Positions 38,860-48,301 of a stretch of DNA of 64,000 nucleotides are shown here, piece after piece. Position 1 is the first letter of the stretch. Each line of letters starts with the position of its first letter. The stretch spans positions 1 through 64,000 of the forward strand of contig JAZDJS010000048.1 in NCBI GenBank assembly GCA_043803745.1, written 5' to 3'. A program made the translations under genes and the position numbers. The notes beneath the pieces were generated by a model. The model was given only the letters and a program-made list of their open reading frames with translations. It had not been told where the DNA came from and did no database searches. This stretch comes from an archaeon (GTDB lineage: Archaea; SpSt-1190; DYHY01).

Positions 38860-40215
38860 GTGGTGGTTCAGTTCATCGGGGAGCTGGGGCTTTCCGGAAC
38901 TGAGCGGATAGAAGATGAGGCTGGGGCAAAGGAGCTCCTGGAAAAATATTACGGAGAACTCGAGATTGGGACGGAGTCTCCGGGACGCGAGGCGGTCAAG
39001 ACAATGGCTCTCCTGCAGTGGGGAGCGACCGCTGCGCCTGAGGAGGCCCGGAAGATTGCGGATTGGACTGATCCAACGAGGACCGTCAGGACGGGGAACG
39101 TCGGAGTGCAGGGGCTCCTTAGGAAAGGGGATCTGACAACTTCTGCGTCCTTTGCAATGGCTGAATGGGGACCGGTCGACACTCCCGCTGGATATTCCCC
39201 GCTGAGGATAATTAAGGGTGAGCTGGAAGGGGAATTCCTTCCTTTGGGAATAATCGGGCCGGACGGAAAGGGGCTGGGAGAATTTCTTGCAAGGAGGGCG
39301 CGCAGTTGGTATGAAAAAAAGCTCCCCTCGGGAGGCTTGCTGACTGCAGCCTTCCTGGAGGAGGGGGCTTTCTCGGAAGATGGCCTTTCCGGGAACTTGA
39401 TGGCAGGACTTCCATATGCCTGTTCAGTTCAAGCCCAGGGCGGTTGTGTTTTCTGCCCCTTTGGGAAAGGGGAGACTGGAATACCGACAGCGGAGGATTT
39501 CGGCTTTGCAGCAGTTGAGGCGGTCGGGAGGAACGGCGGAAGGACGACAATTACAATAACCGCAGGGAACACTGGCAGGCCGGAGCGGGGACTGGAACGG
39601 TATTTGCCGGTTCTTTCGGAAATACGAGAGAGGCTAATTGAGGCGGGACTGAAACCGCCCCCAATACAGCTTGAAGTCTCTCCGCCCAATTGGGAAGTGC
39701 TTGGCTATCTGGGAGTTGAGGAGCTTTTCGGGAAGCTCATTGAGCTCGGCGTCACATCGCTTATGCTCAATCCCGAGATTCCCATAACGCCTGAAAACGC
39801 AAGGGAGCGGGAAGTTCGCCTAAAGTCAAAAGGCAGCATTCCGGAATCGGATTACCTCCGATCCTGGGAGCTTGCAAAGAAAATGGATCTTGGAACGGCA
39901 GGCGTCCTAATCTGGGGCCTCGGAGGAGAGGCTGCGGATTATCGGGATTTCTCCGCCCTTGAAGCATACAAATCGGGCGTTGATAAAATGGCATCAGTCG
40001 GAGCATATCCAGTCTCCCTCGCACTGAGGCCGCGGGGGGCGTTGATGGGAAAATACGCACCGCCTCCGTTGAAGGGGCAAGTCGAGCTTGTCATTTATTC
40101 GGCGAATGTGTGTGCTAAAGCGGGAATTTCCCCCCCTCCGGGCTGTTCAAAATGTTCGGCCTGCGGGCCTGACGGGGTTGCATACGACCTTGCCTTGAAG
40201 GGGGAATTGAAATGA
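38860..40215 (+). CDS. radical SAM protein (Cx7Cx2C; MSMEG_0568-like)
   Basis: CSVQAQGGCVFC, TITAGN, LIWGLG, LRP..G, C-terminal GCSKCSAC. Confidence 0.75.
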   Translation: MVVQFIGELGLSGTERIEDEAGAKELLEKYYGELEIGTESPGREAVKTMALLQWGATAAPEEARKIADWTDPTRTVRTGNVGVQGLLRKGDLTTSASFAMAEWGPVDTPAGYSPLRIIKGELEGEFLPLGIIGPDGKGLGEFLARRARSWYEKKLPSGGLLTAAFLEEGAFSEDGLSGNLMAGLPYACSVQAQGGCVFCPFGKGETGIPTAEDFGFAAVEAVGRNGGRTTITITAGNTGRPERGLERYLPVLSEIRERLIEAGLKPPPIQLEVSPPNWEVLGYLGVEELFGKLIELGVTSLMLNPEIPITPENAREREVRLKSKGSIPESDYLRSWELAKKMDLGTAGVLIWGLGGEAADYRDFSALEAYKSGVDKMASVGAYPVSLALRPRGALMGKYAPPPLKGQVELVIYSANVCAKAGISPPPGCSKCSACGPDGVAYDLALKGELK

Positions 40216-40595
40216 AGGGAGCCGTTCCGAAAAAGCTCGGACCGTATTCCCTGGGGGCCTCTGCCAGAGGCCTCTCTCTCTTTTTTTCCTCCGGGGAGAC
40301 CGGAACTGACCCGAAAACAGGGAAGCTTGAGAAAGGGATTGCAGCGCAGGCTAGACGGACTCTTGAGAATATCGAGGCAATTCTCTTGCAAAAAGGGCTC
40401 TCCCGCAGGAACGTCGTGAAGGCAACTGTCTACCTGACCGATCTCCGGAATTTCGCGGAATTCAACGGAGTATACCGCAGGTTCTTCGGGGAATCTCTCC
40501 CGGCGCGGACGTGTGTCGGGGTGAGCGAACTTGTCGGCGGGGCTTTCGTAGAGGTAGAAGTTGTCGCGTCAAGGAAGGTTGGAAGATGGGATTAA
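40212..40595 (+). CDS. ridA: RidA/YjgF family enamine deaminase
   Basis: GPYS, SG, Q...TLENI.AIL, VVKATVYL, F..FN.VY, PARTCV, VEVE. Confidence 0.92.
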   Translation: MKGAVPKKLGPYSLGASARGLSLFFSSGETGTDPKTGKLEKGIAAQARRTLENIEAILLQKGLSRRNVVKATVYLTDLRNFAEFNGVYRRFFGESLPARTCVGVSELVGGAFVEVEVVASRKVGRWD

Positions 40596-41602
40596 TTGAC
40601 CTGAGATATGGCACTAATCCAATTCCCCTTGACAATGCGGCAATTGCAAGTATTGCTGCAGAAGCGGTGCGGAAACTGAACGAATATCCCGACCAAAGCT
40701 GCACGAAAATCAAGCGGGCAATTGCGAAAAGCCTCGGCAGGGGTTTTTCTTCCGGCAACGTCCTGGTTGGGAATGGGTTGGACTCGGTGATAAACACTAT
40801 TGCCGAGTCGGTCCTCGGAGGTAGGAAGGGAAACGGCGCGGTAGCGGTGCCGTCGTTCTACGTTTTCTCGGCGGCAATGAGGAAGCTGGGGGCGCGGGTG
40901 CTGGAGTTCCCGCTTTCGGAGGGGACTTTCTCTTTGGATGTCCGTAAGTTCTCCGATGAGATGAAGCAGCGCGGCACAGACCTTTGCTTCCTCGCCAACC
41001 CCAACAATCCGACGGGGAACCTCCTGATACAAGACAAGAGCGGCTTGCTGAAACTGGCCGGCTCCTGCAAGCTCTTGATTGTCGACGAGTGCTATTACGG
41101 CTTCTGCAAGCAGACATTTGTCAGGGAGACGCTCGAGCTCGAAAATCTCGTCGTCCTAAGGAGCCTCTCGAAATCGTACGGCCTGGCAGGCCTGCGCCTC
41201 GGATACGCAGTCTCTCGGAAGGAGAACATAGAACGCCTTGGCAGGGTCGCCTCCGCCTGCAGGCCGTTCGACGCCGGAACAATTTCCCAGGAAATTGGCA
41301 CGTGGGCAGTGGGAAGGAAGAACCGTCTCGCGGAGTTCGCGCAACTGAAAGACGATTTCCTCCGGCTGCTCAGGGATTCCTGCGGAGCAGAGGTCAGTGG
41401 CACAGAGACCTCCTTCCTTCTTCTGAAGGTCGCAGACTCGGAGGAATTCGGTAAGAGACTGGCTTTGGAAGGGGTCCTTGTCAACACCCTCGCACCCTAC
41501 AAGATGGGCGAGAGATATGTGCGGATAGGGATACCTCCTCGCAGACTTTTCGCAAAGGTCGCAAAGGCTGTAGTACGGGCGACAAACAATAATAAAGGGT
41601 GA
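40586..41602 (+). CDS. histidinol-phosphate aminotransferase-like PLP enzyme (HisC/CobD family)
   Basis: NP...YPD, GNG.D, ANPNNPTG, VDECY, LRSLSKSYGLAGLRLGY. Confidence 0.85.
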   Translation: MGLIDLRYGTNPIPLDNAAIASIAAEAVRKLNEYPDQSCTKIKRAIAKSLGRGFSSGNVLVGNGLDSVINTIAESVLGGRKGNGAVAVPSFYVFSAAMRKLGARVLEFPLSEGTFSLDVRKFSDEMKQRGTDLCFLANPNNPTGNLLIQDKSGLLKLAGSCKLLIVDECYYGFCKQTFVRETLELENLVVLRSLSKSYGLAGLRLGYAVSRKENIERLGRVASACRPFDAGTISQEIGTWAVGRKNRLAEFAQLKDDFLRLLRDSCGAEVSGTETSFLLLKVADSEEFGKRLALEGVLVNTLAPYKMGERYVRIGIPPRRLFAKVAKAVVRATNNNKG

Positions 41603-41621
41603 GGAAAAAGTGAACAGAAAA

Positions 41622-43412
41622 ATGGCGAACGATTCATTCCAGCCCCCGAGGGGGACGCGCGACCTCCTCCCGAAGGAGCTTTCGGTGAGGAACAGGATTT
41701 GCGAAATACTTTCCGGGACTGCCGAAACGTACGGCTTTGGGCCGATAGACACCCCGGTTTTCGAGAATTTCGACTTCCTTGCGAAAAAGTCCGGGCCCGA
41801 GGTGAAGGAGCAGATATACTATTTCAAGGACAAGGCGGGGCGCGAGCTCGGGCTCAGGTTTGATTTCACCGTCCCCATTGCAAGGCTTGTCATGAACAAC
41901 CCCCAGCTGCCGAAACCTCTCCGGCTTTACGTCCTTGACAAGGCATGGAGATATGAGGAAATCTCGGCAGGCAGGTTCAGGGAGTTCTCCCAGTTGGACG
42001 TCGAGATACTCGGCTCGAAAGAGCTTATTGTCGATGCCGAGACAATCGCCGTCGGCGTCGCCCTCCTGACCGTTTTCGGGATCCCGAAAATAAAGGTGAA
42101 GATAAACAACAGGGAAATCCTTGACGGCTTTGCCAAAAGCATCGGGATTTCCGAGGGCTCTGCTCGGGACGATTTCTTCAGGACAATTGACAAAAGGGAG
42201 AAGCTTTCCGAATCGGCGTTCCGGGAGGCGCTCGGGAAGCTGGGGCTTTCCGAGGAAACCGCAGGGCAGGTTTCGGAATATTGCGGCCTTTCCGGAGAGG
42301 CCGGGGATGTGATCAAGCGGGCTGAAAAGCTGCTCAACCAGAATTCCTTGATTTCCGGCGGGATCGAGAAGCTGAAGAAACTTTTCAGCCTCCTCAAGAA
42401 TTACGGGGTTGAGAAATACTGCGAGCTTGACCTCTCGATTGCAAGGGGGCTGGATTATTACACTGGCATCATCTTCGAGGTCAAGGCGGGGAACTACGGG
42501 CTTTCGATTATCGGCGGCGGCAGATATGACAAGCTCATCGGGCTTTACTCGGGAGAGGAAATGCCTGCGACCGGCTTTGCAATGGGCATTGACCGGCTTT
42601 ACGAGCTTCTTGGGAAGGAAGGGCGGCTGCCGGCATCGGGCTCGGGAAGCAAGGCGCTCGTGGTTCCGATCGGGGAACCCGCGCTTCCAAAGGCAATCGA
42701 GCTTGTCCAGGGAATCAGGCTTGCCGGGGTCAACTCGGAAATAGACGTCATGGGGCGGAGCGTTGGGAAGAACCTCGAGTTCGCCGACAAGGCGAAGATG
42801 CCTTTTGCGGTAATCGTCGGGGAGAAGGAGCTTTCGGCGCGCAAGGCAACGGTGAAGGATCTCCGGACCGGGGAAAGCGAGGCTGTGGATTTCGCGCAAG
42901 TCCCTTTCTACATCGCCGGGAAACTGAGCAGGGATTTCGAGGTTCCGGGCAAGTCCGAAGAGAAAACTTCTGCAATCGCGGGTTCGGGGGATTTCAAGGC
43001 GCGCCTCCACACGGCAGACCACATCCTTACGGGCGTTCTTGGTCAGCTTGCAAAGGGCTTCGAGGAACGGGCGCTGGAATTTGCGGAAACCCACTGCAGG
43101 TGGGATTGCGTCTCGGATGACGACTTGAGGAAGCTGAAGGCGGAAATCGAGAAAAGCGTGAACGAGATTATTTCTCGGAATCTGCAGGTTTCGCAAAAGG
43201 AGATTCCGAGGGCCGAAGCTGAGGAAAAATTCGGTAAGCTCAGGGCCCCAAAGGAGCTTGAGGAAATAACCGTCTACGAAATAGCCGGCTTCAACGAGCT
43301 TCCTTGCGGAGGCCCCCACGTCCGAAGCACGGCGCAGGTCGGCAAGTTCAAAATCCTGAAAATTGAGAAGAAAGGGGCGAAAGCCTGGTCGATAAGGTAT
43401 ACTGTTGAATAA
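41622..43412 (+). CDS. hisS: histidine--tRNA ligase fused to a C-terminal AlaX-type editing domain
   Basis: PRGTRD, LRFDFT, WRYE..GRFREF, ARGLDYYTG, GGGRYD, anticodon domain; then HTADH...CGGPHV from about 42990. Confidence 0.93.
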   Translation: MANDSFQPPRGTRDLLPKELSVRNRICEILSGTAETYGFGPIDTPVFENFDFLAKKSGPEVKEQIYYFKDKAGRELGLRFDFTVPIARLVMNNPQLPKPLRLYVLDKAWRYEEISAGRFREFSQLDVEILGSKELIVDAETIAVGVALLTVFGIPKIKVKINNREILDGFAKSIGISEGSARDDFFRTIDKREKLSESAFREALGKLGLSEETAGQVSEYCGLSGEAGDVIKRAEKLLNQNSLISGGIEKLKKLFSLLKNYGVEKYCELDLSIARGLDYYTGIIFEVKAGNYGLSIIGGGRYDKLIGLYSGEEMPATGFAMGIDRLYELLGKEGRLPASGSGSKALVVPIGEPALPKAIELVQGIRLAGVNSEIDVMGRSVGKNLEFADKAKMPFAVIVGEKELSARKATVKDLRTGESEAVDFAQVPFYIAGKLSRDFEVPGKSEEKTSAIAGSGDFKARLHTADHILTGVLGQLAKGFEERALEFAETHCRWDCVSDDDLRKLKAEIEKSVNEIISRNLQVSQKEIPRAEAEEKFGKLRAPKELEEITVYEIAGFNELPCGGPHVRSTAQVGKFKILKIEKKGAKAWSIRYTVE

Positions 43413-43455
43413 CTGCAACAAAAAGAATAAAAGCAAGCGCCGTCTGCCCTGGGCG

Positions 43456-44235
43456 ATGGAACTTGTCAAGCTATTCCGGAACATAAAGGAGAATTTCTTT
43501 TTCTCGGCGGTTTTCCTTGCAACCCTCGTCGGGGGCATCCTTGCAATGATCTACAAGCCGCTCCTTCCCGAAGTCGAAATCCTGAAGGGCACGTTCTGGC
43601 TTTTCGGCCTTTCCCTCCAGGCAACGGTGATAATCTTGTGGATAGGGGGCTACCTGCTCTACAGATGGAACCTCGGGAAAAGAAAGAACAGCACCCAGCT
43701 TGTCTGGGGGGTTTCATTCCTGCTCTACTCAGTTGTCTTCATTGGGATGGCCCTGCAGGCCCTTGGATTTGGGTTCGCTGACGCCAAACTCCCCTGGATT
43801 TTCTTCGTTTACAGGCAGTTCATGATCTTGTGGCTTGCCGGAATTTATTGGGGGCTTGCCGGAATTGTTTTCGCAAAGGAGAACAGACTTGCCCGGATTC
43901 TGCCGACGGCGGCAATACTCCTCATTGGCTATGGGATTTTCGCAAACGGGCTCTTCATTGTCAAGGATGTGGAGTACACGATGTACAGCTTCCTTTACCT
44001 GCTGTTCGTTCCGGTGTGCTTCATCCTTTCCCGGATTTTCTGGAAATATGCCCAGCTTGCCTCGGCAACCTTCGCAAGATACCTTTCAATCGGCTTTGCG
44101 GGCATCGGCATAACATATCTTGCATGGGCGCCCTGGCACAAGACAACCTTCTATTTCGTCTGGTTTTTCCTGTATGTCCTTTCGCTGATTCCGCTTCTTG
44201 TCGGCTTCCTTGGCGCGGGGCAGAAGAGCACTTAG
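43456..44235 (+). CDS. multi-pass (7-8 TM) membrane protein
   Basis: Hydrophobic helices throughout; ATG at 43456. Confidence 0.75.
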   Translation: MELVKLFRNIKENFFFSAVFLATLVGGILAMIYKPLLPEVEILKGTFWLFGLSLQATVIILWIGGYLLYRWNLGKRKNSTQLVWGVSFLLYSVVFIGMALQALGFGFADAKLPWIFFVYRQFMILWLAGIYWGLAGIVFAKENRLARILPTAAILLIGYGIFANGLFIVKDVEYTMYSFLYLLFVPVCFILSRIFWKYAQLASATFARYLSIGFAGIGITYLAWAPWHKTTFYFVWFFLYVLSLIPLLVGFLGAGQKST

Positions 44236-44247
44236 GGGGGTTTCAGA

Positions 44248-44577
44248 GTGGGTTCCGTCGAAAATAAAATCGCTTATGAGCTGATTGAGAAAGCGAAATC
44301 GACGATAGGCGGGACTGCGCTGACAATTGCCGAATCGGAAGGCCTGAAGATATCTAAGGGTTCCGTTGAAACCGAACGGACCGGATACCTGGAAAAGCTT
44401 GTGGAAGCTTTCAAGAGGATAATAGGTCCTGTTGCGAAAAATTTTGCAATCCAGGGGGCGCAGGCAGCCCTGGCCGGATTTGAAAAGCCCGAGATTGACC
44501 GGGAACTCCCGAACCTTCCGGAGTGGGCAAGGCCGTCTGTTGCAGCCAAGCTTTCCGGGTTTTTCGGAGAGTTCTGA
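44248..44577 (+). CDS. small helical hypothetical protein
   Basis: Internal pseudo-repeat IG..A (STIGGTA / RIIGPVA). Confidence 0.65.
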   Translation: MGSVENKIAYELIEKAKSTIGGTALTIAESEGLKISKGSVETERTGYLEKLVEAFKRIIGPVAKNFAIQGAQAALAGFEKPEIDRELPNLPEWARPSVAAKLSGFFGEF

Positions 44578-44639
44578 TTCCCGACTCCTGAATCCCCCGG
44601 AAAAAGGATTAAAAAAGGGGCGCGCGAGCGCGCTTTCCA

Positions 44640-45848
44640 ATGGAAAGCAAGAAGCTGCGGGAGAAGGTTCTCGTATCCCTGAACATCTTCCTCCAGCTCT
44701 TGGGGCATTCCCTTTACGGGGTTTTCATCCCGATTTTCCTTCTGAAGGAGGGCGCAACCCTTCCGGAGGTTTTCATTTACGGGGCAATGGACGGTCTCGG
44801 AACCCTCGGGGGGGCTCTTGTCGGCCCGGCGGCAGTCAAAAAGTTCGGGGTGAAATTCCCGCTCGTTTTCAGGGCGCTCTTCCAACCGCTCTGGGTTGTC
44901 GGGCTTTTGAACCATGGAAAGCTTCCTTTCCCTCTTCCGGCATATGGGTTCGTTTTCGGGGCGTTCACTTCAGTCTACTGGCTTGCGATAAACGCATACA
45001 CGATTGAGGCAAGCAGCAAGAAGGAAAGGGGCCTCTTCTCGGGAATTTCCTCCGCAATGGTCTGGATTGCATCCATAATAGCGCCGCTGATAGGCGCGTT
45101 CATAATCGGGAAGTTCGGATATTCGGCCGTCTTCAGCCTGGCAATTGCGGTAATTCTCCTCGCGCTTGTCCCCGCCCTTCTTCTCCCGAGGCTGCGGCTT
45201 CTGGACGGGGCGCAAACCCGGACGATTCCGAAGAAGGGCGGCGGAACTGGGCGGCGGAACGAGATCCTCGGGGCATTTCTCCTTATGTATGCGATACTCG
45301 GCGTCGGCGGACTTGCGACATATTACGCATGGCCGCTTTATCTTTACTCGGTCTTCGGGGGGGAACTCCAGATAGGCCTCCTTGCATCGCTAGGTTCCTT
45401 CTTCGGCCTTGCTGGCGCGCTCTTCGGGGGCTGGTTCGCCGACAAGATGAGCAAGACCCGGCTTGTCGCAGCGTCTGGCAGCGTCCTCTTCTTCAGCTGG
45501 GTTCTCTCGGCAGCGTTCACAAGCGCGCTGGCGCTCTCGATTGTCGTTTCTTTCCGGAGATTCGCTGACGAAGTCACCGGAAACGCGCTTTTCGCCAAGT
45601 TCGGGAACCTTTTCGCGCGGGACAACCTGATCATCCGGATAGCCCAGAAACATTTCGCTCTCGGAGCGGGCCTTGCTCTTGCGGGCGCTTTGGCCTGCTT
45701 CGTCTCAATCAGGACTTTTTTCGTTCTTGTCGGAATCCTCTTCCTCGTCTATGCCGCAGCAATCTCGGGCACGGTCTTCCGGACGGGGAGAAAGCTCGCG
45801 CTCCCCAGGGGAATGCTGATTTTCCTTGAGCGATTTTACCAGAACTAG
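44640..45848 (+). CDS. MFS transporter
   Basis: 12 TMs, G...KKFG and GWFADKMSK motif A, ERG...G. Confidence 0.9.
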   Translation: MESKKLREKVLVSLNIFLQLLGHSLYGVFIPIFLLKEGATLPEVFIYGAMDGLGTLGGALVGPAAVKKFGVKFPLVFRALFQPLWVVGLLNHGKLPFPLPAYGFVFGAFTSVYWLAINAYTIEASSKKERGLFSGISSAMVWIASIIAPLIGAFIIGKFGYSAVFSLAIAVILLALVPALLLPRLRLLDGAQTRTIPKKGGGTGRRNEILGAFLLMYAILGVGGLATYYAWPLYLYSVFGGELQIGLLASLGSFFGLAGALFGGWFADKMSKTRLVAASGSVLFFSWVLSAAFTSALALSIVVSFRRFADEVTGNALFAKFGNLFARDNLIIRIAQKHFALGAGLALAGALACFVSIRTFFVLVGILFLVYAAAISGTVFRTGRKLALPRGMLIFLERFYQN

Positions 45849-46330
45849 ACTCTCAGCCGCTTTACCTTTGCAAGTTTTTCCTTGTATTTCGGCAGAGTTA
45901 CTGAAAGGACGCCTTCCTTGAGATCCGGTTTCGCGCGCTCGGGAACCACAAGATAGGGCAGGGAAACTGACTTGTAATACGCGGAATTCCGGTTCTTCGC
46001 GGAAACCGTTATTGTGTGGTCCGTCACCTCAAGGCAGATTTCGCTTTTCTTAAAGCCGGCGAGCCCGTCGAAGGAAACCTTGGTTGCGTTGGGAGAATCG
46101 TGCATTTTCATTCCCCCGGAGAAATGGGCGAGCTTCTTCTCCATCTCCGCGAAGCGCGCGGACATTTCCTTCTCGAATGATAGGAACTTTCTCTCGAAAA
46201 GGGAGGGCGTCAGGATTGCTGGAAGGCGCTTTTTCTGCTTCTGTCTCGGCTTCTGCTGCCGCTTTGCAATCTTTCCGCTTTTCCTCGTTGATTTTGATGA
46301 CTTGTGGTGGGGGTGGTGCTTCTTTGCCAT
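45845..46330 (-). CDS. Hsp20/alpha-crystallin family protein with basic N-terminus
   Basis: L.GF.K.EI...V......VSA, YYKSVSLP, L.EGVL.VTLPK, C-terminal L-R-V. Confidence 0.85.
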   Translation of the reverse strand: MAKKHHPHHKSSKSTRKSGKIAKRQQKPRQKQKKRLPAILTPSLFERKFLSFEKEMSARFAEMEKKLAHFSGGMKMHDSPNATKVSFDGLAGFKKSEICLEVTDHTITVSAKNRNSAYYKSVSLPYLVVPERAKPDLKEGVLSVTLPKYKEKLAKVKRLRV

Positions 46331-46508
46331 CCTCTTTCGAGCGGGTTGAGGGTTAAAAATGTAACTCAACAGAGGGGCTGTAAACGGGCTGATTTTAAAC
46401 TTACGACAGTTAGATTGAAAAGGCGAATAATGAGCAAGAGGCCACCGAAGGTCAGAAAAACCCGAGCCCTGGATGAACTATTTAAAAGGGGTCAATAATA
46501 CTGTCTCA

Positions 46509-47120
46509 ATGACTTTGCTTCTAGCAACGCTTGAACTCGACGGCGCCAAAGTGCGGGGAATCCTTTCCGCTGACGGGCATGAGACTTCCGAGGACGGACA
46601 TTATGTGGTTGAAAAGAATTTCGTCAAGCTTGCCCGATATGGCGATGCTGCTGTCCTGGGGGCTGCCGGGCTTGCCTCAGGCTGCAAAAAAAATGTCGCC
46701 GCTTTTGAAAAAAGGGGCTTTCCGGGCGTAATGGAGATTATTGATACGGATTTTTTGGTAATACAGCCGGCTTTGTTTAAGGAGCCGGCGTGGATGAGTG
46801 TTTGGCACAGCCATCACAAACGGGATTACGGTCAATTCCGGATTTATTTCCCGCTGAGCGTTTTCTCCTCAGCAGGATTCGAATGGGAAACGGGCGGGAT
46901 TTACGGCGTCGGCGGAACCGGCGAAGAAATGAGGAAATTGAGGGCTTGTTTCGGGGTTCGCGAGCAGGAGGTCCTTTCGGAAATTCCCCCCGTTCCCAAC
47001 GCGCTTGAACTCCATGAATATTTCTTCCGCCACCTGGTCGACTATGTGGGAATAGGCCCCGAATACATGCGCTACGAGCTTTCTGAGGCGAGCTGGAAGG
47101 GTCCGATTTTTCTTGGGTAG
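46509..47120 (+). CDS. putative Ntn-hydrolase (proteasome beta/HslV-like) protein
   Basis: M-T start, SADG.ET, K, GAAG and YGVGGTG in proteasome-like order. Confidence 0.5.
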   Translation: MTLLLATLELDGAKVRGILSADGHETSEDGHYVVEKNFVKLARYGDAAVLGAAGLASGCKKNVAAFEKRGFPGVMEIIDTDFLVIQPALFKEPAWMSVWHSHHKRDYGQFRIYFPLSVFSSAGFEWETGGIYGVGGTGEEMRKLRACFGVREQEVLSEIPPVPNALELHEYFFRHLVDYVGIGPEYMRYELSEASWKGPIFLG

Positions 47121-47168
47121 GCGGTCCCGCAAAACTTTAAAAAGCCGTTTAGCGGGCGTTTCCTAGTT

Positions 47169-47477
47169 ATGGCAACCAAAAAATCAATGACTTCGGCACG
47201 GTTTGGCGTTCGCTACGGCACAAAGGTCCGCAAGAGGATTGCGGAAATCGAGGCTCTCCAGAAGAAGAAGCACGACTGCCCGGTATGCCACTACAGCCGC
47301 GTTTCCCGCCTTTCGATGGGAATCTGGCAGTGCAAACACTGCAACGCGAAATTCGCCGGCGGCGCATGGACCCCGAAGACGGAAACCGTGATGCCAATTG
47401 CCCAAGCTGCAAAAGCCGAGAGGGGCTTCGAGACTGATGCGAGCGAGTTCGAGGAACCGCTTAAGAAGAGAAAGTGA
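47169..47477 (+). CDS. rpl37ae: 50S ribosomal protein L37Ae (eL43)
   Basis: RFGVRYG..VRK, CPVC...GIWQCKHC...FAGGAW. Confidence 0.96.
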   Translation: MATKKSMTSARFGVRYGTKVRKRIAEIEALQKKKHDCPVCHYSRVSRLSMGIWQCKHCNAKFAGGAWTPKTETVMPIAQAAKAERGFETDASEFEEPLKKRK

Positions 47478-47503
47478 AGAAGAGGAAGAGGAGATTCCCA
47501 GAA

Positions 47504-47638
47504 ATGTACAAATGCATGAAATGCGGAAAGGAAGTTGCTCTCGATTCGAATGAGAAGCGGATACGCTGCCCCTATTGCGGCTACAAGATTCTCGTGAAGC
47601 AGAGAAGCGGCGCAGTGAAAACGGTCAAATCCAGATAA
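47504..47638 (+). CDS. rpoP: DNA-directed RNA polymerase subunit P (Rpo12)
   Basis: Read manually: MYKCMKCGKEV...IRCPYCGYKILVKQR; 44 aa, conserved synteny. Confidence 0.93.
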   Translation: MYKCMKCGKEVALDSNEKRIRCPYCGYKILVKQRSGAVKTVKSR

Positions 47639-47895
47639 TGGTCGGGAAGAAGGGCGGAGAAGTTTCGGCAACTGTCAAGCTTCCTGGGGGAGCGCCCCTT
47701 GAGAAAAACCTGAAAGCCGAACTTGCGGCGGAAAGGGGGGTTTCTGTTGCGAAATCCGGCAAGGCGGTGGAAATAACAGTTTCCAAGGGAGCGGAATCCT
47801 GGGCAACGCTGAGGTCGAAGGTCAACACGACCCTCCGGATTGTTGAAACCGTGGAAAACACTATTAAGGGGATTGCGGGCAAGGAAAAGGATTGA
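47638..47895 (+). CDS. pcc1: KEOPS complex subunit Pcc1-like
   Basis: LRSKVNTTLR helix; position between rpoP and prefoldin beta. Confidence 0.7.
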   Translation: MVGKKGGEVSATVKLPGGAPLEKNLKAELAAERGVSVAKSGKAVEITVSKGAESWATLRSKVNTTLRIVETVENTIKGIAGKEKD

Positions 47896-47896
47896 A

Positions 47897-48289
47897 ATGG
47901 CGAAGAATACCACCACTCAAGGAATTGATTTTGAAAAGGAAGAGGCTCAGGCTCAGGCTCAGGGCCTAGTAATGCAAATGCAGGCATACCAGCAGCAGCA
48001 GCAGGCCCTTGCAGCCCAAAAGCAGCAGATTGAGGTCAGCCTTGCCGAGGTTGAATCGGCGATCGAGACCCTGAAGAAAACCTCCGAGGAGATGGTCTAT
48101 CGGGCAATAGGTCCCATAATGGTCAGGAAGAAGAAAGAGGATGTTGAAAAGGACCTTGCCGAGCTTGTCGAAACCGCGAAAATCCGCCTCGTTACCGTCA
48201 AGCGGCAGGAAGAGAAGGTAAGGGAAAAGATACGGGAAATCACTGAGAAAATCACCCCCCTTCTGAAGAAGGCCGGATTCGAGGAGTAG
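47897..48289 (+). CDS. pfdB: prefoldin subunit beta
   Basis: Q-rich coiled coil, VYRAIGPIMV hairpin. Confidence 0.92.
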   Translation: MAKNTTTQGIDFEKEEAQAQAQGLVMQMQAYQQQQQALAAQKQQIEVSLAEVESAIETLKKTSEEMVYRAIGPIMVRKKKEDVEKDLAELVETAKIRLVTVKRQEEKVREKIREITEKITPLLKKAGFEE

Positions 48290-48301
48290 AAGCCCGGGGA
48301 A

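Noticed and set aside
41634-43538. 634-aa antisense ORF (and similar ones opposite the thermosome, gatE and sufB)
   Set aside because: Shadow frames of well-supported genes, explained by codon bias; no motifs.
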